A stretch of 43,451 bases of DNA. Source: a virus. This document shows positions 32,255 to 39,679 of this stretch, one piece after another. Below the pieces are notes generated by a model. The model saw nothing but the letters and a program-made list of their open reading frames with translations, searched no databases and was not told the origin of the DNA. The stretch lies in IMG/VR virus record IMGVR_UViG_3300005468_000007. One strand, given 5' to 3'. Position numbers and translations under genes: made by a program. Numbering within the stretch: the first letter of the stretch is position 1; each line of letters opens with the position of its first letter.

Positions 32255-32580
32255 GCGCTCGGCGGAATGTGGAATTGCTCGCCGGGGCGATACCAAGCGC
32301 CAGCGTGGGCGATTAGTTCTTCGACCCTGATCGACAGCGCGTAGGGGCCATGAAGTTCAGGCGCGATTTCGGCCAAACGATCAAGCTGCTCGCGTGCTTG
32401 TTCGGTCGCCTTCCCCTCTCCGGTCGCGTCAAGGCGGATCGTTACTTGGCCGGAGGGATGGTGATATTCCACGTTCCCATGCTCGCCAACCCTGTCAACG
32501 AGGGTCTGCGGAAGGTCCGGGTTATCCGTCTCAAACTCAGCCACAACCGTCACCGCTCGCATCTGCTTTACCTCGCCCAT
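32251..32580 (-). CDS. Hypothetical acidic protein (109 aa)
   Basis: ORF-track ORF with an ATG start at 32578..32580. Confidence 0.45.
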   Translation of the reverse strand: MGEVKQMRAVTVVAEFETDNPDLPQTLVDRVGEHGNVEYHHPSGQVTIRLDATGEGKATEQAREQLDRLAEIAPELHGPYALSIRVEELIAHAGAWYRPGEQFHIPPSA

Positions 32581-32789
32581 GCGCTCTCCTTCGCTAGCCA
32601 GTCCTCAACCTCAGCCAGTCTAAATCGGCGGCGGTTGCCGAATAGGTGCGAGGGCATGCCGGCTGCGACCTGGTACTCGATCCAGCGCGGAGACATTTCA
32701 AGCTGCTCTGAGAGTTGGGTCTTGGTGAGGTAGCCGCCCTGGGCGCGGGACTTGCGGGCGGTTTCGATGGAGACGACTTGGGCGGTCAC
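32568..32789 (-). CDS. xis: Excisionase-type (MerR/HTH_17-like) DNA-binding protein
   Basis: 73 aa. LTKTQLSEQLEMSPRWIEYQVAAGMPSHLFGNRRRFRLAEVEDWL. It lies two genes upstream of int. Confidence 0.65.
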   Translation of the reverse strand: MTAQVVSIETARKSRAQGGYLTKTQLSEQLEMSPRWIEYQVAAGMPSHLFGNRRRFRLAEVEDWLAKESAWAR

Positions 32790-33148
32790 GCGGCCTCCGT
32801 TCGAGGATGGGAATGCTCGAGCCGGTAGAGCAGCCCGAACTCGTCAGCGAATTCCAAGACCGATTCGGGTAGCTGCTCCCAGCGTAGGTGCGGCGGCTGG
32901 TTCGGATTGTCGAGCGCATTGTGATGCAGCCGGCAGAGCGGGCGAATAAGCCTTCGATCGCAGGCGAACTCATCGCGCCCAAGGGCGAGGATGGATTCGT
33001 TCGGGTGCTCACCGACGATCTTGCGCTTGGCGCTTTCGCGCTCCCATATCGCGCGGAGCTCGCGCTTGCTGAAGCCGATGTGGGCGGCGTCGGGTTGCCC
33101 ATCTGGGCGGTACTCGCAAGGGCCGAGGTGGGTGAGCCAGCAGGTCAT
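32786..33148 (-). CDS. Hypothetical protein with HNH-like CRLHHNALDN motif (120 aa)
   Basis: ATG 33146..33148 overlaps the TGA of the hand-found zinc-ribbon ORF. Confidence 0.35.
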   Translation of the reverse strand: MTCWLTHLGPCEYRPDGQPDAAHIGFSKRELRAIWERESAKRKIVGEHPNESILALGRDEFACDRRLIRPLCRLHHNALDNPNQPPHLRWEQLPESVLEFADEFGLLYRLEHSHPRTEAA

Positions 33149-33315
33149 CGCGCGAACACGATCCCGCAGGCTGGGCATGTGTGGCTCCCGTCGGGGTTCG
33201 GCCAGGTATCGCCATCACAATCCGGGCAGCGCACTTCCTCGTCGGGTGATCCATCCGAGGCGCAGTTGGGTCGGCTGCGGGACGCCCAGAGGAGCGAGAT
33301 GCCAAACGGCTTCAC
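33145..33315 (-). CDS. Zinc-ribbon micro-protein (56 aa), missing from the ORF track
   Basis: Translated codon by codon: VKPFGISLLWASRSRPNCASDGSPDEEVRCPDCDGDTWPNPDGSHTCPACGIVFAR. GTGA overlap with the Toprim gene and ATGA overlap with the next gene. Confidence 0.55.
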   Translation of the reverse strand: MKPFGISLLWASRSRPNCASDGSPDEEVRCPDCDGDTWPNPDGSHTCPACGIVFAR

Positions 33316-33929
33316 GCCGCCCGCCTCGACGAGTAGGGGTCGGCTGCTTCCGCGTCGGCGAGTAGGTCGGCGAGGAAGACGCTGCGGCTGTCCTCGGGAA
33401 CCTCAGCCAGCGTGTCCGAGAGGTCTTGGCCCTCCTCAAGTTCGACCGATACCGGGTAGGGGCCAGGCGGTGGCGCACTCCGACCACTGCGGATTAGCTG
33501 CGCCTGCTTGCGCTGCCCGCGGCCATTGAGGTCCGCGTCGAGGACGACGTAAATGCGTTGACGATCGGCGAGCTCGGAGAGGATTCGCAGCGTGGGCATT
33601 CCGAGGCCAGGTAATCCAACCGGCAGAGTGTTTCGCCAGGATTCGAGGTCGGAGGCGATGACCGTCGCCGCCGCGAGGCAGTCAGCCTCACCCTCGCAGA
33701 GGATGATCTCCTTGCGGTCGGGGTTGCGGCCAGCGGGCCAGTAGAGACAGAGTGGCTCACCTTTGGGCTGGAAGGTGAGCCCGCCGTCGAGGGGCTTGCG
33801 GCGCTCAAAGCTGCGCCCGCCGAGTCGCGTGTAGCGGAAAGTCAGGGCGCCGTTGTGGACGCCGACGCCGAGCTTGTGGGCGAGAGTCGGGTCAATCGCG
33901 TGGCGCTCGAGGTAGTCCCGCGCGGTCAA
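33312..33929 (-). CDS. Toprim-domain protein (primase-like)
   Basis: 205 aa with ILCEGEADCL and IYVVLDADLNGRG motifs. Confidence 0.65.
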   Translation of the reverse strand: MTARDYLERHAIDPTLAHKLGVGVHNGALTFRYTRLGGRSFERRKPLDGGLTFQPKGEPLCLYWPAGRNPDRKEIILCEGEADCLAAATVIASDLESWRNTLPVGLPGLGMPTLRILSELADRQRIYVVLDADLNGRGQRKQAQLIRSGRSAPPPGPYPVSVELEEGQDLSDTLAEVPEDSRSVFLADLLADAEAADPYSSRRAA

Positions 33930-34423
33930 ATCTTCTCCTCCTGCTCGCGAGCGTCATCGTCCAGGGTGTCGGCGTCGGACGGGCAGCGGTTGACGCTCTC
34001 CTCGAACTCCCCGCGCGACCCGAAGATCCTCTCCCACTCGTAGTAGCGAATGATGCTGCCGTTCTTACGGCGCGCCTCATAGTGGTCATAGGCGCGTCCA
34101 TAGATCGCGCGCCGGCATTGGTCCGCTCCGTCCTTGAGCAGAAAGGGCAAGACGAGCCAGAAGCGGTCTGCCGTGAACTGAGGTCGGGTGCGGCCAGTGC
34201 GACGGCGCCAGTAGGAAAAGAGCTTCTCGGCGTCCTTCCAGAGGTCGTGCGAGCGGGCCTCGGCCTCCTTGTCACGGACAGCCTTGGCGTAGCGCGACCG
34301 CCATGCCCGCAGGTCGCGCTCGGCGCCGGCCAGCTGCTCGCGCAGGATTTTGCAGGAAGGGCAATCATCGGGAATCTCGCCCGTTTCGGCGTCGACAACG
34401 CGAAGGTGGGGCGCAGCGTTCAT
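33926..34423 (-). CDS. Replication-associated protein, DnaD / Phg_2220_C-like C-terminal region
   Basis: 165 aa. LFSYWRRRTGRTRPQFTADRFWLVLPFLLKDGADQCRRAIYG...WERIFGSRGEFEESVN resembles the conserved phage replisome-organiser C-terminus. Confidence 0.35.
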   Translation of the reverse strand: MNAAPHLRVVDAETGEIPDDCPSCKILREQLAGAERDLRAWRSRYAKAVRDKEAEARSHDLWKDAEKLFSYWRRRTGRTRPQFTADRFWLVLPFLLKDGADQCRRAIYGRAYDHYEARRKNGSIIRYYEWERIFGSRGEFEESVNRCPSDADTLDDDAREQEEKI

Positions 34424-34860
34424 GCCGCTGCCGGTCCTGGCTCTCGTGGGTGAAGCTGCGAAACCGTCGCGCCCTTGCTTCTCTCTCTACTTGCGTCCTT
34501 AGAACCCGTACCCGTTCCCGACCCGACCCGGGTCCGTTTGGATTCCGTCAGGATTCCGTCACGCTTCCGGCGTCTGTCTCGCTCACGCTGCGCTGTCAGG
34601 TCGGCGCGTGAAGGGTTGTAGTCGAGGAAGTCTGGAATGAGGTAGCCGCCGTCGATGCGCTCCCACAGGCCGAGCTCAACGAGGCGGCCTGGAATGCCCG
34701 GGCGACTCCGCTTTCTTACCCATTCATCAGGAAGTTGACCGTCTGTCTCGTAGCAGGCTGCGTAGGAGAGGCTCATCGCATAGAGCCCGGTTGCGGCGAG
34801 ACCGGCGCGCTCGATCTCTGGATGCGCGTGGAAGCGATCGTCGAGCTTCGCCCAAGTCAC
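34420..34860 (-). CDS. Putative winged-helix replication/DNA-binding protein
   Basis: 146 aa. WAKLDDRFHAHPEIERAGLAATGLYAMSLSYAA...LVELGLWERIDGGYLIPDFLDYNPS is a pattern seen in phage replication-region proteins. Confidence 0.3.
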   Translation of the reverse strand: MTWAKLDDRFHAHPEIERAGLAATGLYAMSLSYAACYETDGQLPDEWVRKRSRPGIPGRLVELGLWERIDGGYLIPDFLDYNPSRADLTAQRERDRRRKRDGILTESKRTRVGSGTGTGSKDASRERSKGATVSQLHPREPGPAAA

Positions 34861-35267
34861 TAGATTCCCGCGCCTCTCTGCTGCCCGTAGTCGCCAGGGG
34901 CCGCGTCGTGCTGCTTAGCCGCGGACTGCGCCGCCCCTAACCGCTTCTCAAGTGAGCGGAAGTAGCGCTCGAGCTTGTCGAGCATGGCCCGGGCCTTGTA
35001 GAGGTCGATGCTCGCGCTATCGGCATGCTCGTTGCTCAGAACCCAGGATGTGATTGCGCCCTTGACCTCCGTCGCGGTCGCGCCCTTGCCGAGTTGCTTC
35101 CGAGCCGCCACCGCCGCGTCCGCCTCGAATGCGTTGTAGGTCTGCTCCGCGTCGTCTACGGCATCTCTGGCGAGGCTGTAGGCGTGATCCAGCCATGCGA
35201 GCCCCGAGGAGCATCGCTCGAGCTCGACCCGGCATGCTTCGGGAGTGTCGAGACGGATGCGGTTCAC
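34860..35267 (-). CDS. Hypothetical coiled-coil protein (135 aa)
   Basis: GTG 35265..35267 overlaps the upstream TGA. Confidence 0.45.
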   Translation of the reverse strand: MNRIRLDTPEACRVELERCSSGLAWLDHAYSLARDAVDDAEQTYNAFEADAAVAARKQLGKGATATEVKGAITSWVLSNEHADSASIDLYKARAMLDKLERYFRSLEKRLGAAQSAAKQHDAAPGDYGQQRGAGI

Positions 35268-35677
35268 GCCGCAACCTTCTTCGCCTGCTTCCGCCACTTG
35301 CCAATCGAGTCAGGGCTAACGCCGTACTCCAGTGCTAAGTGTGTCGGCGATTGGCCTTCCTCCGCGAGCCGCACGACATGATCCCTAAGCTCCTGTGGGC
35401 GCTTGTAGTTGGGCAACCGACCAGTGCGGAACAGCCGCGCGGGTAAGCGGGAGACGGCGGTGTGGATGCCGAGTACCGTTTGGAAGAACTCGTCGACCGA
35501 ATAGAAATCCGCTGAGGCCCCATAGCGCCAACGGTGGATCGCTCGCGCCCACCTGTCGCCGATGGACTTTGAGTTGGCGATCGTCTCCGCACCGACCTCT
35601 CGCTCTATCCATTCAACGAGGGGCTGTCCGTAAAGCCAATCCATTGTTTGCTCTCCGTGGGGGTCTCTTGGCGTCAT
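35264..35677 (-). CDS. HTH DNA-binding protein (137 aa)
   Basis: ATG 35675..35677 overlaps the upstream TGA. The C-terminus is ELRDHVVRLAEEGQSPTHLALEYGVSPDSIGKWRKQ. Confidence 0.5.
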   Translation of the reverse strand: MTPRDPHGEQTMDWLYGQPLVEWIEREVGAETIANSKSIGDRWARAIHRWRYGASADFYSVDEFFQTVLGIHTAVSRLPARLFRTGRLPNYKRPQELRDHVVRLAEEGQSPTHLALEYGVSPDSIGKWRKQAKKVAA

Positions 35678-35874
35678 AGCGCCTGCTCCCACGCCTTCTT
35701 CATGCGCCTCACGCAGGTAGGGCAGTAGACGCCCGCGGGGTGCCCAGCAATCGCAAGGCGATGGCTTGCTACAGCAGCGCCTAAGACGCCTTCATTCCCG
35801 CCCATGCAGCCGTTGTCGCAGAAGCCCTCAAAGACCATCCGACGCCGCAGCTTTCGGAAGTCCAGGGCGCTCAC
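35674..35874 (-). CDS. Small Cys-rich protein (66 aa)
   Basis: ORF-track ORF with GTGA overlap upstream and a C..C....CPTC pattern. Confidence 0.4.
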   Translation of the reverse strand: MSALDFRKLRRRMVFEGFCDNGCMGGNEGVLGAAVASHRLAIAGHPAGVYCPTCVRRMKKAWEQAL

Positions 35875-36668
35875 GCGGCCACCAATTGCTTGTAGTCAGC
35901 GCGGGTCGCCTTGTCGGTGGCTAGGCCGGCGCGGTAAAGACCCAAGGCCAAGAGGAAATCCGCCCGGGTGCTGCGGCACGGCCAAAGCGTGTAGGTGCCG
36001 TTCTCGCGCGTCTGGAGGATGAAGAGCTTGTCGGAGGCGCCGACGCCGCACTCCTCAGCTGCGAGGTCGTAGCCGACCATCTGGACGTGAGCGCTCCGAC
36101 CGACATATCCGGTTTTGAGATCAAGCAGAAAGACCCCTCCACCGACTTTGACCCGCGCGTCGAAGCGACCGGCGAAGCGGTGGCGCTTGGAATAGACGAC
36201 CTGCTCTAGCTCAAGCGGCTTGGGGCGGTGTTCAAAGAAGAACAAATGCACCGCGCGAACGTGACCCTCTGCCACGCTTGGGTAATCGGCGGTGAAGACG
36301 CCCCGGAATCCCTCCTCAAAGATTTTGTGAACTGCGGTGCCAACCGCGCCTTTGGCATCACGAAGGACAAGGTAGGTCGGCTGATCCATTTTGACGCCAA
36401 GCCCAGGAGCCGCTGCCAGCAGTTCCCGTTCATATGGCTTTAGATCATCCGCCTCCACCCGAAGTACGTAACGCATGAGGCTCTCCGGATCAGGATCGGC
36501 AAATGGCGCAATGGATGACGATGAGGGCAGCCGGGAATCCCGAACTGCCCTCCACTCGCCACTCACCTCCCTGACTTGCTCCCAATACGAGTGGTTGCGG
36601 TAGAAGCAGGCAGTGTGGTTTGGCATCTCATGGCGCTCAAAGGCGCCGAAGGTTGCGGGGCGGGTCAA
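35871..36668 (-). CDS. PD-(D/E)XK family nuclease (recombination exonuclease-like)
   Basis: GRFDARVKVGGGVFLLDLKTG...QMVGYDL motifs. The TTG 36666..36668 start is chosen because it overlaps the upstream TGA (the ORF track gives 36737). Confidence 0.6.
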   Translation of the reverse strand: MTRPATFGAFERHEMPNHTACFYRNHSYWEQVREVSGEWRAVRDSRLPSSSSIAPFADPDPESLMRYVLRVEADDLKPYERELLAAAPGLGVKMDQPTYLVLRDAKGAVGTAVHKIFEEGFRGVFTADYPSVAEGHVRAVHLFFFEHRPKPLELEQVVYSKRHRFAGRFDARVKVGGGVFLLDLKTGYVGRSAHVQMVGYDLAAEECGVGASDKLFILQTRENGTYTLWPCRSTRADFLLALGLYRAGLATDKATRADYKQLVAA

Positions 36669-36931
36669 GTCCAAACCCGCCCCAACCACGGCGAAGGCGC
36701 CGCAGCTTTGCGTCCCAGACAAATGGGACAAGTGCATTTAGGCGTGGCCAATCCCCGGGCTAAAGGTGAGAGATCACGGAGGCGAGGGTCATCCCCCGCT
36801 GCCTCCTGAGGGCTGGCGTCCAGGCCGGCTTGGACCCTGAGCAGCTCTGCTTGGAGCAAGATGAGCTCAACGGCGATTGTGGGATCGACGCCCAGGGCCG
36901 GGGATGCCCCGATAAGCGAGCTACTGTGCAT
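36665..36931 (-). CDS. Hypothetical protein (88 aa)
   Basis: ATG 36929..36931 follows GGCGGAG. Confidence 0.35.
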   Translation of the reverse strand: MHSSSLIGASPALGVDPTIAVELILLQAELLRVQAGLDASPQEAAGDDPRLRDLSPLARGLATPKCTCPICLGRKAAAPSPWLGRVWT

Positions 36932-37436
36932 TTCTACTCCGCCGGTGGTCTAAACCGGAGGCGGGGCCGAGGGCCTCTGCCTTTGGGTCGGCCGCTCCGG
37001 TGCCCTTGACGATGGGCAGGAAGTGCTCGGTCAGTTCGCGGACGGCGGCGGCGACATTCGCCGGATTCGGGTCGCCGGGGCCGCGAGCAGCAATCTGGCG
37101 GGACGCTTCCTTGAAGGCGACGGCGCGGGCTATGTCCTCGCCGCGGTTGTCTCCCCCCGAACGCCCGTTCGATGTGTTAGGAGCGCTTTCAGGGGCGCTG
37201 GTGGCACCCTCAGCGGGCTCGGCCTCTACGTTGAAGCTGACGTTGCCATGGCTGTCGGTAAAGTCGGTCTTTTCGGCCTTCAGGACCGTGTAGGGGCTGC
37301 CGCCGTACTCTTCTGTGTTTCGGGTCAGCTTCGTGTAGGGGTTGCCCGATTTGCCAGTCCTCTGCTCAGCGGTGAGGTAGATGGTCTGGCCGACCTCCGG
37401 CTCGTTGCCGGGTTTGACGGTTAGCAGTCCGATCAT
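36921..37436 (-). CDS. Hypothetical protein (171 aa), possibly ssDNA-binding/annealing partner of the nuclease
   Basis: The ORF-track ORF has a beta-rich N-terminal half and a low-complexity acidic/Gly linker. The function is a positional guess only. Confidence 0.3.
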   Translation of the reverse strand: MIGLLTVKPGNEPEVGQTIYLTAEQRTGKSGNPYTKLTRNTEEYGGSPYTVLKAEKTDFTDSHGNVSFNVEAEPAEGATSAPESAPNTSNGRSGGDNRGEDIARAVAFKEASRQIAARGPGDPNPANVAAAVRELTEHFLPIVKGTGAADPKAEALGPASGLDHRRSRNAQ

Positions 37437-37690
37437 GGCCTGCTCACCGGGTCCATCGACTGCGGCCCACCGGAACGTCTGCCGTTGGGCTTCGCGGGCG
37501 CCTTGACTTCCTCTACCTGCTCATCGTCAAATACCTTGCAGGGGATCTTCTCTTTGTCTGCGAGATACTCGCCTGTCAGTTCCACCCGAACACAGCCGTT
37601 CAGGTAGTTGTACGTCGCTGTTGCGATTCCCTCAAAACCCGAGATCGTGTCCCGGTACTTCTTGCCGAGCTTCACTCGTTGCTTACTCAT
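37433..37690 (-). CDS. Small conserved-looking phage protein (85 aa)
   Basis: ATG follows GGAGGGTG. MSKQRVKLGKKYRDTISGFEGIATATYNYLNGCVRVEL.. Confidence 0.5.
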   Translation of the reverse strand: MSKQRVKLGKKYRDTISGFEGIATATYNYLNGCVRVELTGEYLADKEKIPCKVFDDEQVEEVKAPAKPNGRRSGGPQSMDPVSRP

Positions 37691-37737
37691 GCACCCTCCT
37701 TTAGTTAGTCGTCTGAAGACTTGGGCGGGGAGTTCCA

Positions 37738-37782
37738 GGGGGAAACCCCCGCGCCCAGAGCGGAGCCGATCCCAGCGGCTCC
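37738..37782 (-). terminator. Two GC hairpins downstream of the pentapeptide-repeat gene (GGGGG-AAA-CCCCC; GGAGCCG-7nt-CGGCTCC)
   Basis: Inverted repeats read at 37738..37750 and 37762..37782 in the 133-bp gap 37691..37823. No clear U-tract. Confidence 0.25.
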
Positions 37783-37823
37783 CGCCGCAGCGCTTCTAGC
37801 CGGTGAGCTAGGGCGCGGCTCAG

Positions 37824-38489
37824 TCAAGATTCGAGGCCCAATCCCTTGAGATCCTTCTCGCCGACGATCTTGCAGCGGTGGACGCGGAACTTGCCATCTC
37901 CAAGGGGTATTGCTGCGATGTCGGCGGCCCGGAACTCAGCTACGAGGATGCGGTAGCTCGGCTGCCAATATCGGATGCACCAGGGAAGCGTGGCGAGATT
38001 GATTCCTGCGGCACATTGCTCTAGTGGGTCGGTGTTCGCATCCTTGACCTCAAGCGTTTCACCCTTCTCGTATTGGAGGCCACCGTTGTAGATGCCCTCG
38101 CCCTGGGCGTTGACGAGCTTGTAGGCCCGAATTTTTCCGACCTGGTCCGCGAGGATGAGGAGGGCGTTGGCCCACTCAGGGTGATCTAGCCCAATGGCGT
38201 CGCTCAGGTTGGCGTCGCGCAGGTAGGCGCCGCGCAGGTTGGCGCCGCGCAGGTTGGCGTCGCTCAGGTTGGCGTCGCGCAGGTAGGCGTCGCTCAGGTT
38301 GGCGTCGCGCAGGTTGGCGCCGCGCAGGTTGGCGTCGCTCAGGTTGGCGTCGCGCAGGTTGGCGCCGCGCAGGTTGGCGCCGCGCAGGTTGGCGCCGCTC
38401 GCGACGGCTTGCTCGAGGGCAGCACGCACGTCGCTCGCGCCCTTGGCTTCATAGAGAACCTTCTCCCCGTACCGCGACGGGATCTTCAT
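37824..38489 (-). CDS. Pentapeptide-repeat protein (13 x ANL[RS][GD]) with a distinct C-terminal domain
   Basis: 221 aa. Residues 33-97 are perfect pentapeptides. C-terminal domain: ..[53 protein letters not shown].. Confidence 0.9.
   Translation of the reverse strand: MKIPSRYGEKVLYEAKGASDVRAALEQAVASGANLRGANLRGANLRDANLSDANLRGANLRDANLSDAYLRDANLSDANLRGANLRGAYLRDANLSDAIGLDHPEWANALLILADQVGKIRAYKLVNAQGEGIYNGGLQYEKGETLEVKDANTDPLEQCAAGINLATLPWCIRYWQPSYRILVAEFRAADIAAIPLGDGKFRVHRCKIVGEKDLKGLGLES
38196..38393 (-). repeat. 13 near-identical 15-nt tandem units (GGCG[TC]CGC[GT]CAGGT[TA] on the plus strand)
   Basis: Counted directly in the sequence. The units differ at only 3 positions. Confidence 0.95.
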
Positions 38490-38572
38490 GGAAGCCGTCG
38501 GTCATAGAGGGCCGCGATCCCAGGCACCACAACAAAGACGGCGAAGAGGACGAGGAGACCCTGCCCGATCAC
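38486..38572 (-). CDS. Candidate 28-aa hydrophobic leader micro-ORF, ATGA-coupled to the pentapeptide-repeat gene
   Basis: Hand translation from GTG 38570..38572: [28 protein letters not shown]. The TGA overlaps ATG 38487..38489. The Shine-Dalgarno is weak. Confidence 0.3.
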   Translation of the reverse strand: MIGQGLLVLFAVFVVVPGIAALYDRRLP

Positions 38573-38660
38573 GCCTGTCTCTCGCTCTCCCTCATCCTCG
38601 GTGTTGCAGAATAACACAAAATGAGAGCAGATGCGTTTCGGTGGAAGGATTTATCACGCA
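38573..38660. promoter_or_regulatory. Divergent promoter/operator region of the immunity switch
   Basis: This is the only divergent intergenic region in the genome. It has an AT-rich core with the inverted repeat GTGTT-7nt-AACAC at 38601..38617 and a TTGCAG hexamer. Confidence 0.35.
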
Positions 38661-38933
38661 ATGTCCGCTCAAGCATGGCAATTGCAGGAGTTTCCGGAAG
38701 TTGTCGGACGTCGCATTCGGGCAGCCCGCGCGATCGCCGGCCTCGAATCCCAGGAAGATTTGGGCAAGCTGATCGGCTACAGCGGCGGTGAGATAGGGCG
38801 CTGGGAACGCGGTGAGGTCGGGCCTCGAGAACCGATCCTGAACGCGATAGCCGAAGCCTGCGGTCTGAGCCGCAGCTTCTTCACCGATGAATGGTGGGAA
38901 CCAACGCTGAGGCGCGACGGCCCCGCCGCCTAG
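38631..38933 (+). CDS. XRE-family HTH repressor (cI-like); alternative start at 38661
   Basis: VGRRIRAARAIAGLESQEDLGKLIGYSGGEIGRWERGE is a classic XRE helix-turn-helix. It is the only convincing plus-strand gene. Confidence 0.8.
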   Translation: MRFGGRIYHAMSAQAWQLQEFPEVVGRRIRAARAIAGLESQEDLGKLIGYSGGEIGRWERGEVGPREPILNAIAEACGLSRSFFTDEWWEPTLRRDGPAA

Positions 38934-38970
38934 CTAGGAGGCAGCGGGACCGGTCGTCTTTACTAGCTAG
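38930..38970. other. Pair of CTAGCTAG palindromes at the convergent gene junction (possible bidirectional stop/hairpin)
   Basis: CTAGCTAG at 38930..38937 and 38963..38970. Each contains the stop codon of one of the two convergent genes. Confidence 0.3.
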
Positions 38971-39485
38971 TCCCGCGCCGCGGACGGCGGAGAGATATGT
39001 CCGTCTCGATGTGGCGCTAGGTCTTGGTGGGCCAAGGCGTCCTCGGCCGCAAAGTCTGAGATTGCGTGAACGTCATGAGTCCCCAGTCGCCGCAGCGCTT
39101 CGTGGGCTTTGGCGAAATGGTGCGCGGCAGTTAGGGCGAGTGCAATCTCCTGGCTCTCTCCCTTCCTCCGGTTGACGAGCGTTTGCAGCATCGCGTAAAG
39201 CGCTCCGTCCGCTGCCTCCTCGCAGCCCTCGCGCCAGTTCTCCCGGCCATGAAAGCTGTTTCCAAATCGCCTGCGCCCCCCGAGCTCGCGTCGACGCGCC
39301 TCGGCGATGAGGGGATCAATGGCGGGGTCGAAGGGCACCGCCTCCTTCAGGCGCCCGAAGAATTCTGCCACGGTCTTGTTATTTGAACTCCAAGCCTCAT
39401 TTATCGCGAAGCCACAACGGACGCAACTCCCCTCCCGTCGCGGATTCGGCGATTCAATTGGGATCTCGCAGCGGCAATCCCTCAT
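38967..39485 (-). CDS. Hypothetical protein (172 aa) with N-terminal Cys cluster
   Basis: ATG 39483..39485 overlaps the upstream TGA. MRDCRCEIPIESPNPRREGSCVRCGF.. Confidence 0.45.
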   Translation of the reverse strand: MRDCRCEIPIESPNPRREGSCVRCGFAINEAWSSNNKTVAEFFGRLKEAVPFDPAIDPLIAEARRRELGGRRRFGNSFHGRENWREGCEEAADGALYAMLQTLVNRRKGESQEIALALTAAHHFAKAHEALRRLGTHDVHAISDFAAEDALAHQDLAPHRDGHISPPSAARD

Positions 39486-39679
39486 TTCGCCGGGTGCTCT
39501 GCTATGTGCTTGATCGCCTCGACCACCGTGACATCGCTCGTGGGGTGGCGGCGCCGGCAGGCTTCTATGCCCCGTTTGGCCTGGGCATCGGTATACACCG
39601 TGGCGTAGACGACGGGGCCGCTCCGTTCCCATCGCACAACCACTCGCTGACTTTCCCGGTCTGTGGTTTGGGTCGTCAC
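39482..39679 (-). CDS. Small hypothetical protein (65 aa)
   Basis: GTG 39677..39679 overlaps the upstream TGA. Confidence 0.4.
   Translation of the reverse strand: MTTQTTDRESQRVVVRWERSGPVVYATVYTDAQAKRGIEACRRRHPTSDVTVVEAIKHIAEHPAK

Noticed and set aside
33009-33305. A 98-aa ORF-track entry in the gap after the Toprim gene.
   Set aside because: It has a shadow-frame composition. A different frame gives a clean zinc-ribbon ORF (33145..33315) with overlaps on both sides.
38196-38393. Regular 15-nt repeats that might look like a CRISPR array or a non-coding satellite.
   Set aside because: There are no spacers, and the units are contiguous and in frame. They encode the pentapeptide repeats of a 221-aa protein.
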